DNA of 64,000 bases, taken from NCBI GenBank assembly GCA_010015585.1, contig ML975158.1; one strand, written 5' to 3'. Positions 49,651 to 61,150 of this stretch are shown piece by piece (the stretch's first letter is position 1; the number at the start of each line of letters is the position of its first letter). The translations under genes and the position numbers were made by a program. Origin of the DNA: Eremomyces bilateralis CBS 781.70 (taxonomy: Eukaryota). The notes below the pieces were generated by a model, which did not search any database, had not been told where the DNA came from, and was given only the letters and a program-made list of their open reading frames with translations.

Positions 49651-51101
49651 GGCAGATCTAAGGTGGAAGTTAGTATCTATTAACTAAGTCACTGCAAGAA
49701 TAATCTTAGAACAAACGGAATGAACCCAGTCCGGTTTTACAGCCATCCTACATGATGGCTCAAAATTGCTACAGATATTTCACAAAAGGCACTCGAGTTA
49801 TGCATGGAACTACCCCACGGTATCCCAAATAACCCAAAATAATCAGCCACAGTACTCAAACATCGGCATATTCTGGCAAAGCCCATTCGGAGAACAAACA
49901 GCTTTCCCTGGTCCAACACAACCCGCCGTAATGATATATGCAGATCCAAGGGCAACCACCGCAAACAGATAGATGCCCGCCGACTCGTCGATCATGATGA
50001 TGTCCGTTTGGCAGTCGCTTGTAACGATGCAACTTATATCATAGTTTCGAAAGGAGAGTAGAAGTCTACGCGACGACGTAGACATAGTTGCTGCAGTAGA
50101 TATTCATGGCGATGCTCTAGTAAAATCTCGGGTGGAAACCATATTATGTGAAATGCGGATTGTTGTATCAAGTGCTACCCAAAAACCGACACGTAGCTTG
50201 TTGGGATTGGCTTACATGGATGGCGGTAGTGTCGTCGGTGGTTCCATCGCATGTTGCAGACCAGTGAGTCTTGATAGATATGATATCGTCTAGCCGGACG
50301 TCGTGTATGTCGGCCTCCGTCGGACGAGAAATTCCGGTTTACATCCAGAATGCCATGTAATTTCGGATATAGTGCGTGTTCGCCTTGCACATGTGCCGTT
50401 CGATGCCAGCGTTCGGCATGTTCTCCTATCCAAAATTTGCTTGGGGAATATGTGTTTTTGAACCCCCACATCTAGTTCCAGTTCAAGCGTATATAGACCG
50501 TTGTAATCATTAGGGTAGCAAGCAGAGACACAGGACCAGCCGCCGACATCTCGATAGAAGCAAGATCATAATGACGGCTTAGGCACCGCCGAATGACCAG
50601 AAGACTGTGCAGAAAGTCGAAGATAGGGGTATGTAGTACAATAGTACTTGTGGCTGGATGTGTTTAACCAACAGCAAAGCATTCTCGTTCGAGCCTGGCT
50701 GGGCATCTATCCAATCCACAGGACGATCGGCGTTTCGAGAATACTGTTCCAAACGCCGTTCATCGATCGGATCCCATAGAACGACGCGTCCTGGGGACGC
50801 ACTTTTCATTCAAATTCCACACTGTGAAACCCGTATGCTGGAAGGAATGCCTGTGAAACGACAGTCCGAAACTGGCGTACCGGACATTCAGTCACAGATT
50901 TTTCAGTCCTTTCCAAAATTCTTTCGAGGACCTCGCATCCCTTGGTGGATTTAATTGACAAGGCTAGTGGACCCGTCGCAAGTCGTTGGACGGTGGGAGG
51001 ATAGCCTTGCTTGCCATTCATCGCGGAGCTGTAGCTGAGTACTCTGCAGCACGGCATCCTGAATGGGCGCACCTCTCCGACTTGATACACTTCGATCATG
51101 C

Positions 51102-51338
51102 TCAATGCCCATTTCCAGCATTCGCGCCCATGATTCTCTCATCTCTTGATCGTCCAGGTCTTGCACCCGCGGCGCTATCAGCAGCTTGGGGGCCACCATT
51201 GTTCCCTCGAGCGCCGTCGATCGCCACCTTGGACTCGTGGGCTTGCCTTTGTTCCCACATTTTGCGTTGAAGGTTCTCGTCGAAGGTTTTGATGTCGTCG
51301 GTAGTGAGCGTGATTGCGGTGGGCTTGCGGCGTAACAT
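51102..51338 (-). CDS. CDC26: Anaphase-promoting complex subunit Cdc26/Hcn1
   Basis: 78 aa beginning MLRRKPTAITLTTDDI, the hallmark Cdc26 N-terminal motif. Confidence 0.9.
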   Translation of the reverse strand: MLRRKPTAITLTTDDIKTFDENLQRKMWEQRQAHESKVAIDGARGNNGGPQAADSAAGARPGRSRDERIMGANAGNGH

Positions 51339-51616
51339 GTTGATGGAGAACTAACGCAAGTTGAGGAGTGGTGAGGTGTTTGATGGGGATGAAAATAATG
51401 ATAAATTGGATTAAAGAATCTCAGAAGGAGCTGTATTTCCAACGCTGGCTTAAATTTATCCACAAAATCGACGTTATTGTCGTTGTACAGAGTGAACGTC
51501 AACAAAACTATCCAAGCTCTCCACCCTAGGGTTTTTGCACGTGACTGATATATTCCAACCTCAATTCAACTCCAACATCGCCATAAAATTTCCAAGAGGC
51601 ACCAAACTCCAAAACC

Positions 51617-52454
51617 ATGACGACACGAGTAAACATTGCCCTAAACAGGGCATCTCGCCTCTATCCCAATCAATGCCATCACTCCGTCCAACCATTCCTC
51701 TCCTCCGCCCGTCAATTCCATCAATCAACATCTCGATGCGCTGACAACAGCTCCGACGGTAAGTTCCCACCCTCAACTAGCGATTCCATTCCCCAACTAA
51801 CCCCCTCCAGTACCCCCCAAACCAATCGATCTCCGCTCCCTCGGCGCCACCACCTCCTCTACCCCCAAACTCGCCCGCCGCCGCGTCATCCCCCGCAAAC
51901 CCTCCCCGCCCACCTCCACCTCCTCCACCGACGCCGATCGCCCCAGCGGCCTCCGCATCATCCACGTCGATGCCCCCCCTCAAACCACCCGCCCTAATGG
52001 ACCCCGCCCCAACGGACCCCGCCTGCCCCGCCGCCCAACCACCCCTGGCACCCGCCCACCCGGCACCCGCCCAACCGGCGCCCTCCGCGTTGGCGCAACC
52101 GGCACCACAACCACCGGACCACCAGGCGGGCGACGCCGCAAGCCGAAGCGCGACGACGCAGCACGTGGCGCGTGGGGGGAGGATGATGGGAAGCGGGAGA
52201 AGGAGCAGGAGATGACGGCGGCAGAGGCGGAGGAGTTGAAGAAGGTGTTGCCGGTGGAGGGGTATGGGGGGTTTGAGTTGGGGTGGTTGGGGAGGGGGAG
52301 AGGGAAAGTGGAGGGGGGGAGATATACGTTGGTGAGGGGTGATGGGGTGGTGGAGGCGGTGAAGAGGGGGGCGACGGTTGGGGGGAGAATAGGTGGGAAG
52401 GAGGTTGCGAAGATGGTGGAGGTGGTGAGGGGGGTGGAGGGGATGAAGGCGTGA
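51617..52454 (+). CDS. Hypothetical protein with mitochondrial-type presequence (intron 51759-51810)
   Basis: MTTRVNIALNRASRL...SARQFHQSTSRCAD. The spliced frame continues through a Pro/Arg-rich region into ORF 52212-52454. Confidence 0.72.
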
Positions 52455-53095
52455 TTGGGTTGGGCCTGTGTACATATACCGAACTGTATAAATCTGGATG
52501 ATACCTTGACTCGAGGTGTATGTATTTGAATATTAACATGTGTTTATGGGAGAGCAATAAGGAAGAATAGAAGGAATGCCTAATACGACCGCATGTCTCC
52601 CAGTTCAACGATATTGATTTGAACGGCGGTTTATGAAGGATCAATTCTAATGTTTCACCCATGCCGTATCTGAATGGCTGAATGTTCAGAGACCGGGTTT
52701 TCCCAACAATGGAACAGGAATAGATATCCGCGAGGGGACGCATAGCTTCAGATTGCAGTAGAAAACCATATGTACCCATGCGAGGAATCAATAGAAACTC
52801 AGGCCTCACCACTGTATTCTCGTCCACAACTCACATACATCAACACGAAACACAAGCCGAACCCCGTCAAGTATGCACAAAGATCCCTCTAATTTGGTCC
52901 TAACAACTAAAAAGTGACGATGAAACCCCCGCAAAAGAAACAAGATCAAAATATATCGATACAGGTCCTTCGTTCAACACCGCCCCGCATCCATGGAATT
53001 CCGAGGCCCCAAAAAATAGTTTTTTGCTTCCTCGAGTCGCCTCTATGTCGTTTGACAACCCCGCCCCCCCAACACCTCATCAGCAACATCACCGT

Positions 53096-55171
53096 CTAAT
53101 ACTCCAACGTGATCTTCTGCCCCTTCACCCGCCCGATCACAACCTCCGGCGCATACTTCGGAATCACCTCGTCGTCATGCAACATCTCGAACTCCTCGCT
53201 CGCGTCTCGCCCCATGTGGCTGTACAGCGCCTGCGGGCCGCCCGGGTGCTCGTCCACCCAGTTCGTCAGATCCAGGACAACGCCCTTGACCGCGATCCAC
53301 AGGTCGTCCTTCTTGTTGTGCTTAGCCACCTCCTCGAGCGTGTACTCCTTCTCCGGGACGCTGAACTTCGCCGGTTCGGCCTTGGCGGCCGGCGCGGCGG
53401 CGGGGGCGGCGACCTGCTGCTGCGCGGGAGCGGAGACACCCGACGCACCGGACCACTCGACGGAGAGCTTGCCGGGCTGAGCGGGGTCGAGGTGCAGGGA
53501 GATCTGGCCGAGACGCTGCTGGGCGGCGGAGGCGCCACCGTTGAGGAGCTTCTGGAAGAGGTACTTGGAGGCGGAATCGCCGGCGACGCGGCCGTAGACG
53601 ACGCAGCCGAGGAGGGAGGAGCCGCCGAGGCGGTTGGCGCCGTGAACGCCACCGGCAAGCTCGCCGCAGACGAAGAGGCCGTCGAAGGGCTGGCCCTCGG
53701 AGTTGAGGACCTGGGCTTTGTCATTGATCTCGATGCCGCCCATGGTGAAGTGGAGAACAGGCTCCATGATGGAGACGTGGAAGGTGTCGTTGACATCGAA
53801 GGGGAGGTTGTGGAAGTATTTCTTGCCCCATGGGTCCTTGGCCTTGCCGGCAGCGATGTCGTTGTAAGTGGCGAAGGTCTTGGCCAGGGCGGCTTCGCCG
53901 CAGCCCATCTCCTTGATGAGCTCGGCGCCGGTCATCTTCTTCATAAGGCCGCGACCGGAGTAGTGGCGGGTGTGGAAGTCGAGGACGTTGGAGGCTTTGG
54001 AGTTGAGGACGAGGCGGATCGGCCAGTTGCCGGCCTCCTTCTCTTCCCACTCCTTGCCGGAGACGTAGTCACGGTGACCGAGCTCGTCGCAGAATCGCTC
54101 GCCCTTGCTGTTGAGCAGGAGACCACCCTCACCACGGAGAGCTGAAAAATGTCAGATTTTGTCATACGTTTGAGAGATGAAACTTACCCTCGGCAGCCAG
54201 GAACTTCCACTTTGAGCCGGGGTCTTTGGGGTCGACCAAACCGGTCGGATGGACCTGAACCTTGTCCATATCAATGCCGTTGGCACCGATCTCCATCAAC
54301 ATCTTGTGACCGTCACCGGTGGCGTGGACACCGTTGGTGGTGGCCAGGCCGACGGTATCAGGCCTGTGTTTCTGGAGGAGCGAGGTGGGGCCGAAATCAG
54401 CGGCATAACCACCCGTCGCAAGGATGACGGGGCCGTTGACGGAGACTTCCTCGCCGTTCTGCTCGTAGCTGACACCGGTGGCCAAGTTGCCATCCTTGAG
54501 GACCTTGGTAACCTTGGCCTTCTTGACGAGCTGGACGCGCTCCGGCTCGGCCTCGGCGAGCTCCTCGAATCGCTGCATCAGCGCATAGGTGATGGCCATA
54601 CCGGGGAACTTGGCATCGTGGCCACGGTGCGTTCGGGGTTGTGAATGACCACTGCGGATTGTTAGTGTCTGCGGTGGATATATGGACGGTCGAAAACTTA
54701 CCCGAGACGGGAGACGAGGGTGAGGTCGAGGTTGAAAACATCCTGCAACCACTCAACGGCGGCGGAGGACTTGTACGTCAGGACCTTGATGAGATCCGGT
54801 CGTGCCTTGTCACGGGCGGATTTGAGGGTGTCGTCATAGAATTGCTTGACGCTATCTTGGATCTTGTGGTCGACTTGAGTCCGGGTGAGGGCACCGTTGA
54901 TACCCGAGGTAGCCTTCGTGGAGTTGCCTCCCATGAAGTCTGGAGCGCAAGGATCAGCATTTTGGACGCCGGGTCCGATGGGAATGGAGAATACGTACTG
55001 TTCTTGTCGAGAAGCAGGACATTGCCACCGGCGAGGTAGACAGTGTGCGCTGCGCTCAATCCGGACACTGTTTTGGAGTGATTAGATGCCGGATCCGATG
55101 ATGTCGATGGGAATGCGGGGATGGATGGACAACTTACAGCCGGCACCAACGACGATGACTCTCTCAGGCAT
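53096..55171 (-). CDS. OSM1: FAD-dependent fumarate reductase (Osm1/Frd1-like) with C-terminal cytochrome b5 domain (introns 55068-55137, 54940-54998, 54652-54701, 54142-54187)
   Basis: VIVVGAGLSGLSAA, GGNSTKATSGING, VQVHPTG, AAEALRGEGG, LHFTMGG and GGVHGANRLGGSSLLGC. The b5 domain has HNKKDDLW...EHPGG...FEMLH. Confidence 0.93.
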
Positions 55172-57037
55172 TGTCGAGGATTGAATATGAGTTAGGTTTA
55201 AGGGACAAGGAGATAGTAGAGACGGGTGATGAACTCTAGAGAAAAGAAGGATGTGAAGTCGGGGAAGAAACGGAATGGGGGACGGGTTGTCGGATGTTCT
55301 TGTATGGTGGAGCAGTTGGTTGTGGCCAGAGGGTTTTGGCGGCACGTTGCCTAGGTAGGAATTTGCCTCGGCGTGTGCTGGGTTCCGTCTGGGTTCCTCT
55401 CTACGAATGAAAGGTCGGGCAATCCAATTCTTCGGAGTGCACGAGGCTAAAACGTCTTATCCTCTTATATAATCTCGGTGCACTACTTGATGTTGGAGCT
55501 TTGTCCGAGGATTGACGCATGGGAATGAGTTCTATTATTCTATGACAATGCGAACGACGACTGAGACTTGGACTTGGGCCTTGAGGCAACCGGGCAGAAT
55601 AATACGGCGGTGCCACAATGGATATTGTTTCACTTCTTGTTATTGACTTGATTTGCTTTCACCATGAGTGGGAATAATAGTCCCGGAAATAATAGGTAAT
55701 GAACCACCAAATGGTTGTCTTTTGCAGCCGCTGACGATCGATGATTCAATTTCCATCTCTGCATCAACCAACGCGCAGTATGTGGCATGTGGCATGTGAA
55801 CCAGTGGAAATGCGATCATGTGCCAGAATGTCTTTGCTTGAATCGCGTCTCCCTTCTGATCACGCTTCTTCGATTCTTTGCTTCGTCAGTTTCATTTCAG
55901 AAATGTGTCTGGTCTGGGCAATATTAACATGTGAAGGACACCTGAAATTTAAGGCATCAAAGGCATCAAAGGCATAAAATCGACTCGTGACCTTGGACGA
56001 AAACTCCGAAACCAAATCGTGAAAACAGAACGGAAATCCGGACGCGGGGCTTTCCAATAATTCCATCTTCACTCAATTTCGCCTCAATAAAAGCCCCATT
56101 CTCTGCCCGGTTCTCATTCAATTTCGGCTCCAATTTCGGATCCATCGCCCATCCATCTCCCATCCAATGGCACGCGCAACCCCCCGGATCCCACCGGTCC
56201 CTGATCCCCATCGGCTTCGGCTGTCCTCCGGTTGACGCTCCCCCACGGCCCACGGCCCACAGGGATCCCGCAGGCGTCGGCTGGGGGTCAGCTTACGCCG
56301 AGGGACTTCGCCGGCTTCTAGAAGCGAACGGACGTTCATTTACATCGGACATGGACGGGGCCGTGGATTTTGGAAATGACAGGCGCGAGATGTTAGATTG
56401 GGGCTTGGGGTGTTTCTCGCACGATTTAAAAGCTGCTTAAGATGGCCAGATCATCATTCAGGGAACGGTTCGGATCGTCCATGCCCGCCCATCATTCAAA
56501 AGTCGAAAGTCGGAGGAGCAGGTTTGCCTTCTCTCTCCACGTGACTCCACCATGTGCTAGAACAGCCAGCCAATTAGCGACGTCCTGAATGGGCTTATGG
56601 TACATCCTATCCATAGCTTCATGCCCTGGATTAAGGTACCCGTACTATCATGCAAACAGTACTCCGTCAGTCTCAAGGTTATTGTCATTGACTCGGGTGT
56701 CGTCCTAGGTTTGGAGAACACAATGGGTCTGTTCCTTTCTCCTTTTCTGCATCTCCATTCCTCATCATCCTGCTTCAAGCTCACCTTACCGGTTGAACTT
56801 CTCCAAGGGTAACCTCGGCAACAAGCATGATCAGGTATCTCCGCAGAGCTTTCCCTCAGTCTCACGCGTTCACGAAGTCTATTAAGTCGACGAAAGATTC
56901 TCCTTGTCATAGTAATACAGCAAAGTTATCGTAATACCAGAGAAGCAGTTCATGACGGCACGAGTCCCTTTTGCATAGTTCCCTCACTTCATTGACCGCT
57001 CTCTAAACTAAACCGCCCCATCCCATATCCCACCACC

Positions 57038-58696
57038 ATGGCCACCAAACCCCTCCCCCCCCCCAAAACCTTCACTCCCATCATCATCGGCGTCGCTGAC
57101 ATCGTCAACCGCTCCACCGCCCCCTCCTCCGCCCTCGAACCCGCCACCCTCATCACCGCCGCCATCACCGCCGCCCTCACCGACGCCCTCTCCCCGTCTT
57201 ACGCCTCCCCCACCTCCCTCCTACCCCTCATCACCGACCTCTCCGTCATCAAAACCTGGACCTGGGACTACCCCGACCTCCCCGCCCTCCTCGCGCAAAA
57301 CCTCCACCTCCCCGAACTCAAACAGAAGCACTACTCCGCCCACGGCGGCAACCAACCCGCCAAGGTCCTCGACGCCGCCGCCCGCCGCATCGCTGCGGGT
57401 ATCTCCTCCGCCGCCATCGTCTGCGGCGGCGAAGCCCTTGCCTCCTTGTCCGCCTGTGCCGCCGCTGGGAAGCTGCCGCCTGACGGCTGGAGCGAGCCGG
57501 CCACACCGATCGACGCGGTATTTTCACCGACGACGCGGGAACTGGGCGCGGACGTCGGGGCCCATCACAATATCGGGGCCCCGATCCACATCTATCCGCT
57601 GTATGAGAATGGGTTTCGGGCACGACGGGGGCAGGGAGTGCGGGATAACCATCAGGAGAGCGCGAGGGTGTATGGGGAATTTGCGGGGGTGGCAGAGGGG
57701 ACGGAGTATGCATGGGGAAAGGGGAAGAAGGTGACGATGGGGGACATCGAGACAGTGGGGGGAAAGAATCGGATGATCTGCTTCCCGTATCCGTTGCTGA
57801 TGAATGCGTTTAACACGGTGAATTTGGCGGCCGCGGCGCTATTGACGAATACGGAGGTAGCGACGCGCATGGGGATCCCGGAGGAACGGTGGATTTATCC
57901 ACTCGGTGGCGCGGGGACGGCGGACGCGGGGGAGTTTTGGAAGCGCCCGGACTATCATTCGTCGCCGTGTTTGACGCGGAGCCTGGACGCAGCGCTATCG
58001 GTGTCCGGTCTACGCACCGACGACGTCGACCTGTATGATTTCTACAGCTGCTTCCCGATCGTGCCGAAGCTGGCGGCGCAGCATCTAGGGCTGCCGTTCT
58101 ACGGTGGGGAGAAGAAGCTGACGCTGCTGGGCGGGTTGACGAGTTTTGGGGGGGCAGGGAATAATTACAGTATGCATGCGATCACGGAAATGACGCGGCA
58201 GTTGCGCGACCGGAAGGCGAAGAAGGGGGGTGCGAATGGGTTGATTTTGGCGAATGGTGGGTGGTTGACGTATCAGTATGTCGTCTGCTTGGGGACGAAG
58301 CCGAGGAAGGATGGGGGCGCGTATCCGTTGGAGGACGTATTACCGGAGGTGATTACGGATGTGGCTGTTCCGGAGATCGCAGAGGTCGCGGAGGGCGAGG
58401 CGGTCGTTGAGGTACGTTATTCCAGTCGAACCATGGTATTTGGATGAGTATGACTAACTTTCCACCAGACATACACCGTCGAATTCAGCCGAGACGGTTC
58501 ACCCGAACGGGGCCATGTCGTCGGCAGGTTAACGAGCAACGGCAAGCGGTTCCTTGCGAATCATGCCGATGCAAGGACGCTGAAGGAGCTGGCGAGCTGG
58601 GAGAAGGAGCCGATTGGAAGGTCGGGGTGGGTGTGGCAGGCGAAGGACGATCCGCAGAGGAACATCTTCAGCTTTGAGTCGAGACCGCAGCTGTAG
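57038..58696 (+). CDS. Thiolase-like protein, TLP1 type, with extra C-terminal domain (intron 58412-58468)
   Basis: PIIIGVAD, HGGNQP, NRMICFPYPLLMNA, DFYSCFPIVPK and GGLTSFGGAGNNYSMHA. Exon 2 reads TYTVEFSRDGSPERGHVVGRL...RFLANH...ESRPQL-stop. Confidence 0.88.
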
Positions 58697-59639
58697 AGGA
58701 TGAATTGAATTGTTTCTGGCGATTGTTGACCTCTGATATGTTCTACAGATCGTGTGGGCTTGGTATCGTTCGGGATCAGAAGTCATAATCCTATTGTCCA
58801 GACTCCGGACTCAATTCAGGGGATGGTGCTACAGTAGCGCACGTGACGACACCCCCTGAACCCTTCCGTTTGCTCGACCTTCACTTTTACCGCTGTTTGT
58901 TTCATTATTCTCTCTCCTACATCATCACGTTTACTCAATTCCGTTTGCTTCATGTTTGCTTTATATATCGCCCAAGTCTCGCTCAGGTCTCCGGTCTGCA
59001 TTTTTAAATCAGCCATTTGCAGAACTTTCCAAGTCGTCACGAACCCAGTCTGAACCTGATGCATTATATTTTCTTACACCTTATGTGAATCGTATACTAG
59101 TGTCATAGTGCTGCATTATATTATTTTTAACTTCCTCGTTTCTAGAATTCTCGTTGAGAGTGTGAATGTAGAACTCAGTCTGTAGCAATCTCATAGTAAC
59201 CTTGCGCTATATAACCGATGACATGGTCGATAAGAAGGAATTGAAGGCCTATTCAAAGTTATTGGCACTATAAGTACCAGTATTACAACAGCCTGCACAA
59301 ATTCACTCAGGCAATGAACGTGGAACTGAACGGGATTTCAGGATATCCCTTCTTCACGGCTTCTGTCTTCAAGTCATGGTGGACCGACCAATCCTTGCCT
59401 AAAACCTTCAGCAAACGTATCTCAATATAAATGTATCCCTTAGACATTTCCTAAGCGAAAATCTATATTTCAATTGGCGTTGAAGGACCTGATCTGAACG
59501 GTCGGTAACCTCCGCAAACAGGAATGGCCAGACAACCCTGCGGGCCGATAAAATCGAGTACGAGGATTAGTATTAACGCCATCGATGAATTTGGAGACTT
59601 GATTCCTCTCTGAGCGAGCCCAAACATCATTCTTTGGAT

Positions 59640-60290
59640 GATTGGCCCCATTGGAACACTACAAGAGATCATTGACATGGGGCTTAATATCGAACGCATT
59701 GCTTCGCCTGATTCCCTCTCCAATGAAGAGGTATTTCTTCGATCCAGACGCTCTCCCCCCGATAGCCAGGCCAAAGCGTGGCCCGATATTCACCACGTGG
59801 GGTTCACCGGGGTGCCGAAAAATTGCCTAGCAAAGCATATGAGAGGGGATGAGAAGGTGTCCAACCGCTTTCGCAGCAGAAGGTGGACTTGACAAAGAAG
59901 AAGCGGATGCAAAAATGGACGAGATTCTCCCTATCGCCGGCGATGGCTCCGAAACTCGGCTTTCTTTCCTTTGCACCGATACTTAACAAACTTAACGTCA
60001 AACAGCGCATGATATACAACATTGCGACTACTCATTTTGGACGTATCTCGCTGGGAATGCTCCTCGTTAGGTTCTCATCAACGTTGATTTGCGAGGCAGG
60101 GATTTATAAGTCTTTTGTTATTCAGCTTATCTCTTCACATCTCCAAGAGACTGCATCACGTCACGGGATCGCGAATCTTGTTTTTCGTACGGCGCCTACG
60201 GGTGTAGCAGCTCATAGTCTTTCTGCCGGATGCTTCATTCTCTTCTCCGTCGTCCGGTTGCGGATGGAGGGTGAAGTGCGAACGCCCTAG
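59640..60290 (+). mobile_element. Degenerate PIF1-family helicase fragment, Helitron-like relic
   Basis: LNVKQRMIY...H, then a frameshifted VLINVD / EAGIYKS (degenerate Walker A), VFRTAPTGVAA, and LHSLLRRPV in another frame. Confidence 0.72.
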
Positions 60291-60869
60291 ATGCATCGCC
60301 TCGCTGATCCCGAACACGGAGGTCACTGATCTCGGTAATGAGCTTTGACTCAGCACCCTTAAATCAGTCGAAGAGCGGTTTGCCGCTGTCGCCTACCGAC
60401 ACAGACGCGGTTCTTGTTAAAGAAGGTGGAAAAATGAATACGACCCTTCATACAGTTGCCTTTAATTTGGAAACGTAGCCAGAAAGTCAAGCAGTATAAC
60501 AACCAATGGCTAGCTGGCGAGCCAGTCAGTCAACCAGTGTATGCGGGCGTAAAATTTGCAATAGAAGCTGCAAGAGCAGTCAGAAAGTCGAATACGCGAT
60601 CAACAGCGACCTTGCAGTTTCGATTCGCTCGTTCCATCCTCGACGGGCTCTATGCCAGTGTAAGGCAGTCTTTTAAGTCTATCCACGTTCAATATCGGCC
60701 CCTATCACCAGATTCATTTACCCATCTGGATGAGAGGGAGTTAAGAATAAAACAAAATAAATCCACCTACAGCAATTCAGCTGACATTCAAGACGAGAAA
60801 CAGCACAGAAATGATGCCTCTGCATCAGAACCGAAAACTGGACATCACAATGCGTGTCAGGCGGACTCT

Positions 60870-61150
60870 ACCACCCTGTGGCCCTCCGAATGGGTAGATG
60901 ACACAACTATCTTCTATTTTCTGCAGGCTCTTCTGCCAGACGATACTCGTTTGGTATCGGCAAGCAGCGATCCCAATGTGTCTGCTCTGATACCTATCTA
61001 ACCTCTGGCCATTATCAACAGGCCCCAGCTGTATCTTTACTCTTCGACACCTTCCAACGGCTCGCACGAGATGGTAGCCCTAGATGCAATCTCACCGCAT
61101 CGATGCACACATGCTCTCAGATCTGACAACGATTAGATATCCATTGTCCA
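60870..61150 (+). pseudogene. Possible second Ulp1-like protease relic
   Basis: TLWPSEWVDDTTIFYFLQAL...LIPI*PLAIIN, then shifted LLFD. This resembles the WLND...LIPIxxHWxLAII...FDS pattern, but the catalytic His and Cys are not visible. Confidence 0.35.

Noticed and set aside
49843..50085. Cys-rich 80-aa ORF upstream of the PHM-like pseudogene
   Set aside because: No clear signal peptide or family motif, and I could not align it to the intact paralog.
53096..53350. Cytochrome b5 fusion on fumarate reductase as a novelty
   Set aside because: This architecture is common in filamentous ascomycetes.
55951..55975. Short AAGGCATCA tandem repeat in the long fumarate reductase upstream region
   Set aside because: Fewer than three copies and no recognisable binding motif.
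41707..58696. Thiolase, carbonyl reductase, fumarate reductase and thiolase-like gene as a metabolic cluster
   Set aside because: They are interspersed with housekeeping genes, and there is no backbone synthase, transporter or cluster regulator.
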